Positions 52,900 to 64,000 of a DNA stretch of 64,000 nucleotides are shown one piece after another (position 1 is the stretch's first letter; each line of letters opens with the position of its first letter). Location of the stretch: contig NC_057720.1 of assembly GCF_004010195.1 (NCBI RefSeq), positions 10,175,165-10,239,164 of the forward strand, in the 5' to 3' direction. The stretch is from Chiloscyllium plagiosum (taxonomy: Eukaryota). The position numbers and the translations under genes are program-made. The notes below the pieces were generated by a model. The model was not told the origin of the DNA. It saw nothing but the letters and a program-made list of their open reading frames with translations, and searched no databases.

Positions 52900-53210
52900 A
52901 ATTGCTACAGTGTGGAAACAGGCCCTTCGGCTCAACAAGTCCACATTGACCCTCCGAAGAGTAACCCATCCAAATCCATTCCCCTACCCTATTATCCTAA
53001 ATTTACCCCTGACTAATGCACCTAAGCTACACATCCCTGAACACTATGGGCAATTTTGCATGGCCAATTCACCTAACCTGCACATCCTTTGGATTCTGGG
53101 AGGAAACCGGAGCACCTGGAGGAAACCCACACAAACACAGGGAGAATGTGCAAACTCCAAACAGTCGCCTATGTCCGGGTGAGGCAGCAGTGCTAACCAC
53201 TGAGCCACCC
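52900..53210 (-). mobile_element. HE1-type SINE
   Basis: Same family as 21810-22128. Confidence 0.8.
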
Positions 53211-53279
53211 ACAATCTTCAACTCCAGTTTTCTGCATTATCCCCAAAACCCTTGAGTCCCCTTAAGTACAAATCTGTGG

Positions 53280-53495
53280 ACACACTCACCAAGTGTTCAT
53301 TGACAGGTTTTAAATGTCTGAGTTCAGGAATGTGATGTGAAGGTTCAGTGGAGCTGTTGTGCCATCAATGTGTTCGCACCGACAAGAGACCATTCAAGTG
53401 CTCTCACTGTGGGACTTGGAGCTGATGGTCATGTGAACTCACTGTCCACCAGCAAATTTACACTGGGAAGAGAACCGTCATCTGTTCTGTGTGCC
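53280..53495 (+). pseudogene. C2H2 zinc-finger pseudogene fragment
   Basis: HQCVRTDKRPFKCSHCGTWS*WSCELTVHQQIYTGKRTVICSVC. Confidence 0.75.
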
Positions 53496-53496
53496 A

Positions 53497-54345
53497 TGAT
53501 TTGGAGGTGCTGATGTTGGAATGGGTGGACAAAGTTAAAAATCACACAACACCAGGTTATAGTCCAACAGGCTTATTTGGAAGTACTAGTTTTCAAGGTG
53601 CTGCCTCTTCATCAGTTGGTTGTGGAACATGACAGAATTTATAGCAAAAGGGTTACAGTATCATGGAGTTGTAATGATATATTAAGCAATTTCAGTTCAA
53701 AATCACACAACGCCAGATTATAGTTCTTAAACAAATTTAGATTACATCTTTCATCTTTTAGAATGGGATATGCTGGTTTAAGTTATTTAATATGTAAATC
53801 CCAGAACTCCTTTTAAATTACATTCTTAAGGTGGCATCAGCATATCTAATAATATGTATCATATCAGTTCAGACAATGCATTAAATGCGTGAAGGCAAGC
53901 AAAGTCTGTCCCAATGTTGAGTAGTTATATTTCTAATGTGGGGATTACAGAATCTTACATGGATTTATGCAACTTTTGAGCCAAATAAAATGTAATCCTG
54001 CAAATACAAATTCCCTCCATAAATGTACATGTGTGCGTGTGCAGGAAAGACAGAGTGGGTGTGTGAATGTGAGGGTGTGAGTGTGTGTGTGAGTGCATGT
54101 GAAAGAGTGTAAGCTTGGTCAAGTATGTATATGAGTGTGATTGGGTATAAGCCTGTGAAGAGGCTGCGTGCATGGTTGTGAGTGCAGGGGGTGCATGTGT
54201 ATGCATGTGAGAGAAAGCTTGTGTATGAGAGCGAGTCTGTGTGTATGTGAGAATATGCAGTGTGTGAGAGTGATAGTGCATAGTGCAGTGGGGTCACCTC
54301 CACTATATACTCACACACACTCATGTAGACCCTCTCTCATATGCA
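53497..54345 (-). mobile_element. Penelope-like element 3' tail with (TG)n-rich tract
   Basis: Colinear with 28560-29290. Confidence 0.75.
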
Positions 54346-55159
54346 CACATCTATGCTTTGTGCCTACGTTTTAGAGAATGGAGGCAAATATATTTATCCT
54401 GACTTGAGAAGGTAGTTGGACAGACAAAACGAGATCAGTGGTTTTGGCCAGTCAACTTACAGAAACATTGTGAAAATGTAAGGGAAATTAAGATCACAGA
54501 ATAATTCAAAAAGCAGTCTTTTAAATGTCAAAACTTAGATTAGCATCAAATATTCAAGACCAATAACACAGCAAATCTAGCAGATACATATATTGTCTGA
54601 CATGTGGAGAAATGGACACCTGGAAATCTTTCTCCTCGCCTGATGTTAAGTTACCAGAGATATTCTTTTCTCTCTTTTTTTCTCAGTCTATTCTCGCAGG
54701 AACCAAAGGGAAAGTGATGATTTCTCGGCATGAGGAAGTATTCAGCTAGCTCCTTCTAACGCACAGTCAGTATGTCATCAAACCCAGATTGAAGATACAG
54801 GATCGAGACAATAGTAACACGTAAGAAAAGTGAGAACTCAAACAGTGTGAAAAAAGCAACATCTGTACGCAAGGAGGAGGTAAGGTCTCATGCCTGAGAA
54901 AGAAGTTTATGGACTGACAGAGTCAGATACACAAATGGGCGGAAGTTGAAACTCACAATGTAGCTTTGATGATGTGACAGTGACAGTGACATCACATAGT
55001 GTCTGGCCATAACTGGGTGTTAAATATTACAGATTATAGTGAATTGGAAATGAAAATAAAGGATGGAGCAACTTGATAAAAGGTAGGCTACCCTGTGGTG
55101 CATTTATAACAAAGGATTATAGATAATGAAAAGCAATATGGAGATTCCATTTAAATAAA

Positions 55160-55312
55160 ACAAAGAACTGTGGGTGCTGGAAATCAGAATCTAAGACTGA
55201 AATTGTTGGAAAAACTCAGCACACCTGGCACATCTGAGGGGAGAACCATGAACTCTGCTTTCTCTCCCCAGATGCTGCCAGACCTGCTGTGTTTCTCCAG
55301 CAATTCCTGTTG
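55160..55312. mobile_element. Older palindromic mini-PLE-like element
   Basis: Inverted arms around gatgctgccagacctgctg. Confidence 0.55.
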
Positions 55313-55359
55313 ATATGATGGAGAGTCTGTTGTTATAATTGGTGGAATCATGTATTAAT

Positions 55360-58300
55360 TGAAAAATTGAAGGATTTGAAGGGAATCCAACATTTTTTTG
55401 ATTGAACAGAACAATAGGTCCATTAAAAACAAGATGATAACTAGGGTAAGGGTGGGACTACTCAAGGATAAAGGAGAGAAATTGTGTTTGAAGGTGGAGG
55501 ATGTGGCTGAGATCTTACATGTGTACTTTGCATTGGTGTTCACCCAGGGGAAGGATATGAGGGATGAAAATGTGTTGCTGGAAAAGTGCAGCAGGTCAGG
55601 CAGCATCCAAGGAACAGGAGAATCGATGTTTCGGGCATAAGCCCTTCTTCAGGAAGGATATGAGGGATAATGAGATTTGTGTGGAGCATGCTGATATGCA
55701 AGGGAACTTTTTAGATCAAGAAAGAGGTGGTGTTGGATTTCATGAAGAACATTAAGGTGGATAAGTCCCCAGGGCCAGATGATTATCTACCCCAGGTTTT
55801 GTGAGGGCACAACAAAGGATATTTCTGGGCCCTTGTTGAAGGTCTTTATCTCCCCCCAAACCACTGGAGAGGTCACGGAGAATTGGCAAGTAGCTAATGT
55901 TGTTCATCTGTTCAAGAAGGCAAATAGGGACAATCCAGGAAACTATAGACCAGTGAGTCTCACATTGATGGTTGGGAAACCGTGGGAGAGAATTTTTAGG
56001 GATAAAAATAGTGCATAGTTAGAAAAATATGACCTTCTTAGGGACAGCTAGCATGGCTTCGTACAGGGCTGGTCATGACTTACTAACTTGCTTGAATTTT
56101 TCGAGGAGGTGACAAAGGTGATTGATGAGGGTAGAGCAGTTGTTCACATGGATTTTAGTAGGTCTTGCAACAAGGTTCTTCATGGTAAGATCATCCTGAA
56201 GATTGAGATGTATATGATCCACAGTGACTTGGCTATGTGGGTTTAGAATTTGCTTGCCTATAGGAGACAGAGGGTAGTGGTGGGAGGGTGATTTTCAGGC
56301 TGGATGACTGTGGCTCATGGCGTCCCATACTGGGACCTCTACTCTTTGTGATATACATTTGTGACTTGGATGAAAATGTACATGGGTGGGTTAGTAAGTC
56401 TGCAGATGATACAAAGATTGGTGGAACTGTGGATTACATAGAAGGTTATCAAATGATACAGCAGGATATCATTGCAGATATAGGTGGAGAAATGGCAGTT
56501 GGAGTCTAATCCGGGTATGTGTGACTTGCTGCATTTTGGGAGATCAAATAGTAAAGAAAATTATACAGTTAGTGGCTGGACTCTAAACAGCACTGATCCA
56601 CATTAGAATCTTGGTGTTCAAATCCATAGATCACAGAAAGTGGCCATGCAAGGGGTTGGTAAACAAAGTGTATGGCTTGCTTGCCTTTCTCAGTCAGGGA
56701 ATTGAGTACAAGAGTCACATTCCAGCTTTACAAGACTTTGGTACAGCCACATTTAAGAGTATTGCAATCAATGTGGCTCACTAAGTTGCAGGAAGATGTG
56801 GGGAATTTGGAAAACATGGAGTAGAGGTTTACCAGAATGCTGGCTGAATGAGAGAGTATGAGCTACAAGGAGAAGTTGGAAAAAATGGGTTGTTTTCTCT
56901 TGAGTGACAGAGGCTGAGGTGAGACATGATAGTAGTTTATAAAGTTATGAAGTGCATAGATGGGGCTGACAGTCAGAATCATCTTCCCAGAGATGAAATG
57001 TCTAATACTATGGCGGAGGAAAGTTCAAAGGAGACGTGACGGACACATGTTTACACCGAGAGTGGAGGAGTCTGGAATGCACAGCCAGGGTGGTGGTGGA
57101 AGCTGATCCGATAAGTGAGTTTAAGGCACTTTTAGATAAGCACATGAATATGCAAAGAATGGAGGGACATGGACCAAAGGCAAGCAGAGAGATTAGTTTA
57201 ATTTGGCATTATGCTCAGCACAACATTGTGGGTCGATGGTCCCATTTCTGTGCTGTACTGTTCTATCGTTAAGTGTACAAGTCCTGCACTGATATGCCTT
57301 AATGAAATACAACACTGCACATTTATCTAAATCAAATTGCATGTGCCACACCGTGACCCATTGATCAAGGTAGTCTGAAATAACCTTCTTTACTGTCCAC
57401 GATGTCATCAATTTTGGTGTCATCTTCAAATTTACTAATCATCTTCTTACCATCTACTAACTTATTATTCACATCCATATCATTTCTATAAATGACAAAG
57501 AAACAGCGGATCCAGCATTAATCATTGTGGCACACCACTGATCATCGGCCTCTAGTCCAGGAAGGAAACATCCACCACCACTCTGTATCTCCCAACTTCA
57601 AGTCAGTTTGTATCCAAATGGTTTGCTGACCCTGGATTCCATGTGATCTAACCTCGCAAACTATCCTGAGCTACAATGGGAGGCAAGGGTGGACATTTCT
57701 GGGGCCCTGACACTTCACTGAAAATTGTTGAAGTGCCAGTTGGGTGGAAGAAGACTGATATGGTTCCTTTGTCCAAGAAGTAAAGAGGCCTGGTTAACAG
57801 GGAAGTCTGGCAGTCCGGATACAGAATTGGCTGGCCCATAGAACGCAAAGGCGATAGTAGATGGAAAATATTCAGCCTGGAGCTTGGTGATCATTGGTGC
57901 TCTGCAGGGATATGTTCTGGTATCTCTTCCATTGTGATGTTTACAAATGACCTAGATGAGGAAGTGGTAGGCTGGGTTAGTATTTTTGCCGATAGCACGA
58001 AGGTTGGTTGAGTGGTGGATTGCGTGGAAGGCTGTTGTAGGTTCAAACAGGACACTGATAGGTTGCAGAACTTGGCTGATACATGGCAAATGGAGTTCAA
58101 CCTGGATAAGTGTGAAGAGATTCATTTTGGAAGGTCAAATTCGAATGCAGAATCCGGGGTTAAAGGCAGGATTCTTGGCAGTGTGGAGGAACAGAGCGAT
58201 CTTATGTTCTTCGTCCAAAGTTGCCAACCCAAATTGATAAGGTTGTTAAGAAGGCGAATGGCGTTTTGGCTTTCATTAGCAGGGGGACTGAGTTTAGGAG

Positions 58301-60140
58301 CCGCAAGGTGCAGTGCTATAGAACCCTGGTTAGAAGACACTTGTAATATTGTGTTCGCATCTGGTTGCCTCATTATAGGAAGGACATGGAAGCTTTAGAG
58401 AGCATGCAGAGGAGATTTACCAGGAGACTGCCTTAGACATGAGGACATGTCTTATGAAGAAAGGTTGAAGGAACGAGGGCTTTTCTCACTGGAGCGAAGA
58501 TGGATGAGCCGTGTACAAAATGATGAGGTGTACAAGATGATCAGAGAGGCATAGATAGAGTGGATAGCCAGAGCCTTTTTCCCATGGTGGAAATGGCTAT
58601 AACGAGGGGGCATAATTTTAAGATGACTGGAGGAAGATTTCAGGGAGCTGTCAGAGGTAGGTTCTTTAACAGAGAGTGGTGGGTGAGTGGAATGCACTGC
58701 CAGCAGTGGTAGTAGAGTCAGATACATTAGGGACATTTAAGCAACTCTTGGATAGGCACTTGGATGATTGTAAAATGAAGAGTACGTAGGTTAGTTTGAT
58801 CTTAGAATAGGATGAAAGAATCTGCACACGTCGATGCACTAAGAGTCTGTACTGTGCTGTACTGTTCTATGTTATATAAGGGCAGCAGCAATAGTTCAGG
58901 TAATTTCAGATCAGTTAGCCTGATGTTCGTGTCACAGAGTCATAGAGTCCGACCGCATGGAGACAGACCCTTTGGCCCAAACTGGTCCGTGCCGACCAAA
59001 ATATCCATCCAAGCTAACTCCATTTCCCTGCACTTGAATCCATATCCTGTTAATCCTTTCCTATCCACGTATTTGTCAAAATGCTTTTTAAATGGTGTTA
59101 ATGTAGTGGGAGGGAAATTATTACAAATAAATATGAAGGGCAGGATTATTCAACATGGAAAGCCAGGGATTGATCAGAGATAATCAGCATGGATTTGTTA
59201 GAGAGCGACATCCTGTCTGAATAACTGAACTGAGATTGTGGAAAATGTGACAACATACATTGATGTGGGTTCTGCAGTTGATACAATTTACGAAGACTTC
59301 AGTGAGATGCTTGCCGAAGTCCCACATGGAGGCTGGTCCAAAAGTTAGGCATACATGAGATCCAAGACAAGGCAGCAAACTGAACCAAAACCTGGCTTTC
59401 AAATGGGAGGCAAAGGATGATGATTGTGAATTTTTCTTTGTAATTGTAAGTTTGTGACCAGTGGTGTACCATGGGGATTGATGCTGGGATTTTTGTTGTC
59501 CATATGTACACAAATGACGCGAATGTAAAAGGTAGAATTAGTAAGTTTGCTATTGTGATAGTGAAGAGGATACCTCAGACTGATAATGATCAGCTGGTAA
59601 TTTCAGCAGAGAAATGCCAGCTGGATTTTAATTCCAATAGGTGTGAAATGATGTATTTGGGGTCATTGGAAAAGGGAAGGTAAGGTATGAGAAACAGTCA
59701 GTCCGTACAAATTACTGAGGAAAAAAGGTGTCATCGTGTAGAAGTCCATAGATCGCTGACTGTAACAGCAGAGGTAGATAGGGGGTGGTGAAGAGGTCAC
59801 ATGGAATGCTTCCTACCATGAGTTGGGTCATAGAATATAGGCAGTAGGAAATCTTGTTCCAAATTTATAAGCCATTTGTTAGGCCACAGCTGGAATTCTC
59901 TGTGCAGTCTGAGAGAAAAATAAAAACAAAATCACCCAAAGTGTGCTAGTTAAAGGCAAGATGCTGCCTGAGAGAGTGGTGCAGACAATACGTAAGAACC
60001 ATCAGGATGAGTACTTCAAATGCAAGGCCCTAGGAGGCTGGGGACTGAATGTAGGTCAATGGAATTAGTGTAGTCTGTTGTTTATTGGTCAGCATAGACA
60101 CGGTGGTTTGAAGGGCCTGTTTCGATACTGTATGTCTCTA
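55360..60140. mobile_element. CR1 cluster (plus 55360-57270; minus 57270-57650; plus 57680-58875; plus 59100-60140), mini-PLE at ~55566-55651
   Basis: RT motifs; the mini-PLE is flanked by duplicated GGAAGGATATGAGGGAT. Confidence 0.88.
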
Positions 60141-60329
60141 TGAAACCAAAGGGATTCACGAATGTTCTTCAAGGAAGGGATCTTGCCAGCAAGTCCGAGT
60201 CTGGTTTCTGTGAGAGGTGGAAGAAACAGGAAGGAAAAGAAGTTTAAATATTTACTACTCAACCAGATCTGCGTCAGAATCTCCCAACCCCTCACTCTCA
60301 CAAAACCTCAACCTCCACAATCTAAAAAG

Positions 60330-61060
60330 ACAACACCAACAAGTGTCTGTGACAACAATCACCTCCCAGTCACACACTGTCCTGATCTGTCTGACATCCA
60401 GTACAGGGTGAGCAGAAATTTCCTCCAATTAAATTTTGGGAAGATTGAAGCCATTGTCATCATCCCCTGTTAGATAATGCACTCCCTCAGCACTGATTCT
60501 ATCCCTCTCCATGGTAACTGTCTGAGGCTGAACCAGACTATTCACTAAATTGGTGAAATATTTCACCCAAGATTTGCTTCCGATCTTATGTCCCCCATCA
60601 TCAACAAGACCACCTCCCATTTCCAGCTCAGTAACATCACCCAGTTTCACCCTGGTCACAAACATCATCAACCAACCCTCATCCATTCCTGTGTCATCTC
60701 ACACAATCCCAGTTGACCTCCCACATTCAGCCTTCCTGTAATCTTGACGTTATCCAAAACTCTGCTGCTTGAGTGCTTCCTATCACCCAGTCCTGTTCAC
60801 CTGCCTTCACTCTGTGCTCACTGACGGACACATTTCCTGGGGGATAAAGCACAAGGATACTGAAATTCCTATCCTCATTCAGACATTGCTCCGTTGCACT
60901 TCTGTCTCTTGGTAACCTCCTCCAGCCTCACAACTCTTTGAGATACAATATATCCTAAATTTGAAACACCTAAGCATTCCTGATTTTAACTATCCCTTCT
61001 CTATCACCAAGCCTTTACTTACCAAGGCCACGTGCTCTTGAATTTACTCCCTAAACCATC
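60330..61060 (+). mobile_element. L2 LINE 3' fragment
   Basis: LSDIQY..SRNFLQLNFGKIEAIV, the L2 RT thumb motif. Confidence 0.7.
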
Positions 61061-61449
61061 CTGATTTTTCAACCCCAATTCCTTGTTGTTAATTTGGACC
61101 AATATTGCCGGTGATTCAGTATCATTTGATCACTACTTACCCAGCAGCATTGCAGGAGCATCTTCACAACACAGACGGCAGCAGTTTTGAACTTTCACCA
61201 CACGTTACTGGGCAGAGGCAATATATACTAATATCTGTGGAGGGAGAAACAGCATTAATGTTTCAGGATATGCTGAAAGAAATACAGGGAATATGATGCA
61301 GCATTTGATGGTTAATATAAGCTCAGAAGCAGAAGAGAGAAGGACTGTAGTGCAGAAAGGACAGCTTTTGACCAAAAAAGATATTCTGGGAAAGTAAATG
61401 CACAGCAAATGGTCAAAGGATGACCCAAACTCAAACTTCAGTGGGTGCA

Positions 61450-63192
61450 GAAAAGAATTACCGGGATGTTGCTGGGACTGGACAGTTCGAGCGACAGGGA
61501 AAGGCTGAATGGTCCGGTGCTATTTTTCATTGAACATCAGATGCTGATTTTTATGTTATAGAGGTTTGTAAAATTATGAGGGATGTGGATAGGGAGAATA
61601 GCCAAGATCTTCTTTCCGGAATGGGGAAGGATAGGTTTAAGGAGGATCTGAGGGACAACCTTTTAGGCAGAGCATGGTAAGTATATGCAACAAGCTGCCA
61701 AAAGAAGTAGTGGAGGCGGATACAATTACAACATTTAAAAGACATCTGGATGGCTATCTTAAAAGGAAGGGTTTTGAGGGATATGGGTCAAATGCTGCAA
61801 ATGGGAATCGATCAGGTTACAATATTGTGTCAGACAACATGGAAACGGACACTTGGCTCCAATCAGTCCATGCTGAACATAATTCCAAACAAAACTAGTC
61901 CCACCTGCCTGTTCCTTGCCCATATTTCTCCAAACCTTGCCAATTTATGGTCTTATCCAAATGTCTTGTAAATGTTATAATTGCACCTGCATCCACCACT
62001 TCTTCAGAACATTCATTCCACATGTGAACCATTCTCTGTGTAAAAAAATTGCCTCTTAGGTCATTTCTAAATCTCTCTCCTCTCACCTTAAATATATGTC
62101 CCCTAGTCTTGAAATCCCCCATCGTAAGGAAAAGACAATTACCATGAACTCTGTCTATACCTCTCTTTATATTATAATCTTTTATCAGGTCACCTCTCAA
62201 CCTCCTACACTCCGGTGAAAAATATTCTAGCCTATTCAGCCTTTCTTTATAACTCAAATCTCCCATAACTGGCAATATCAGGTAGATCTCTCCTTAAGCC
62301 CCCTCAGCCTTTTAACATTTTTCTTATAACTGGACGACCAGAACTAGATACTATTCCAGAAAAAGGCCTCACTATTGTCCTGTACAAATTGTACAAAGTG
62401 TGCCAAATGCCCTTTGAACCACCTTGTTTATATGTGACACAAACTTCAAACAATTATGTACCTACATCCTGAGGTCCTCTATTCTACCACACCACCATTA
62501 ACTGCATGAGTCTTCCCCTCATTTATTGCACCGAAATGCAATACCTCACATTTATTCAGACTGACCTCAATCTGCCATTTTTCGGCCCATTGACCCATTT
62601 GATCAATATCCCTTTGTAATCTTAGGATACTTTTTTCACTGTCTACTATTCCACCAATTTTGGTGTTGTCTGCAAACCTACCAACCATTCAAATCATTTC
62701 TATAAAAGACAAACAAAAGAGGACCCCTGTGGAACACCGCTTGTCACAAGCCTCCAGTCCAAAAAGCAACCCTCCATTATTACTTTTTGTCTCCGGCCGT
62801 TAGGCCAACTATGCATCCAATTGGCAAGTTCACCCTGAATTCCATGTGACTGTACTTTACTAATTGGTCCATTATACCGACCTTGTCAAAGTTTACTAAA
62901 ATCCAAGTAAACAATATCTACAGCTGTGCTATCATCAATTTTCTTTGGTTACTTCCTCAAAAAAGCTCAATCAAGTTTGTGAGACATGATTTTCCTCAAA
63001 GTAAACCATGCAGATTATACCTAATCAATTTCTGCTACTCTAAATGCCCATCAATCCTAGCTATGATAATCACCTCCAACAATTTACCCACAACTGAAGT
63101 GAGACTCACAAGTCTATAGTTCCCTGGTTTCTCCTTGTAAGCTTTTCGGAAACAAAGGTACAACATTAGCCACCCTCCAGTCACTGGCACTT
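61450..63192. mobile_element. CR1 fragments (plus 61450-61830; minus 61835-63192)
   Basis: RT and 3' motifs. Confidence 0.85.
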
Positions 63193-63194
63193 CT

Positions 63195-64000
63195 GTTTGT
63201 AAGTTTGCTCGCTGAGCTGGAAGGTTTGTTTTCAGACGTTTCATCACCATACTAGGTAACATCATCAGTGAGCCTCCAGAGAAGTGCTGCATTACTGACA
63301 ACAAACAGACCTCCCAACTGTCCAACCCAAACTTTGGGTTCACTAATTGTCATCACAAAACAGAACAAATTAGAGGATACCTACAAAAACATGAACAATA
63401 TCTTTACTGTCATAAACTTCACAAAAGAGGAGGAGAACGACAACAGACTCCTATTCCGAGATGGCACAGTAGAGCAAACAGTTAATGGGGAACTTCAAAC
63501 AAGCTTCTACAGTAAAACAACACACACAGATCAAATACTTAATGACAGAAGCAATCATACCAACATCCCCAAATGGAGCTTTATCAGGACATTATTTCAA
63601 CAAGCCACAACACACTGCAGCACCCAGGAAACACAAAAAGCACAAGAAAAATACCTATACTGCAAATTCAATAAGAACGGGTACCCAGTAAATACAGTCC
63701 ACCAATTTTTCAATAACAAAACCAAACAAGCAGACAATGCACCTAGAAGCTCTAGCCATATTATCTTACATCAAAGACATCCAGTACTCTTAGGCCTGTT
63801 GGTATCATGGTAGCCCACAAACCTACCAACATATTTAAAAAGAAGTTAATTAACGTAAAAAGACCATATAAAAACAACCAGCAAAACAAATATTATTTAC
63901 AAAATACCTTGCAAGGACTATAACAAACACTACATCAGATAAACAGGCAGAACACTACGCACTAGGATACATGATCACCAACTAGCCACAGAAAGACATG
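63195..64000 (+). mobile_element. Penelope-like element (RT C-terminus to GIY-YIG start) with inverted terminal repeat
   Basis: INFTKEEENDNRLLF.D..V; IIYKIPCKD.NKHYI; same family as 15419-15902. Confidence 0.88.
63232..63271 (-). ncRNA. Minimal hammerhead ribozyme motif (PLE family 3)
   Basis: TCA-CTGATGA-T-GTTACC-tagtat-GGTGAT-GAAACGTC-TGA. Confidence 0.75.

Noticed and set aside
54700..54820. Exon-like block with strong acceptor and donor
   Set aside because: Stops in all three frames and no homology recognised; a non-coding exon cannot be supported.

Overview
Repeat-dense vertebrate DNA. The repeat set (CR1/HER1-type LINEs, HE1-type tRNA SINEs, several Penelope-like element (PLE) families, decayed C2H2 zinc-finger arrays) points to a shark, probably a carpet/bamboo shark (inference). 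I recognise no intact host protein-coding gene. There are two two-LTR retroviral elements. (A) 7468-11685, minus strand, Leu-type PBS: no recognisable gag/RT, but it carries a spliced, internally deleted RBPMS2 cDNA at the env position, behind a retroviral-style splice donor/acceptor pair and ahead of an env transmembrane remnant. This looks like a fossil gene-transducing retrovirus. (B) 15903-24636, plus strand, His PBS: decayed gag, partial pol and env, inserted into a Penelope element. Three different PLE families each carry a minimal hammerhead ribozyme motif, including a tandem array at ~44.0-44.2 kb. One PLE-bounded insertion carries ~780 bp of unrelated DNA inside a 15-bp TSD. Other items are a 9-bp-TSD foldback MITE, a solo LTR, two ZNF pseudogene fragments and a decayed short-intron exon cluster. 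Repeat boundaries were set by eye and are approximate unless a TSD is quoted.
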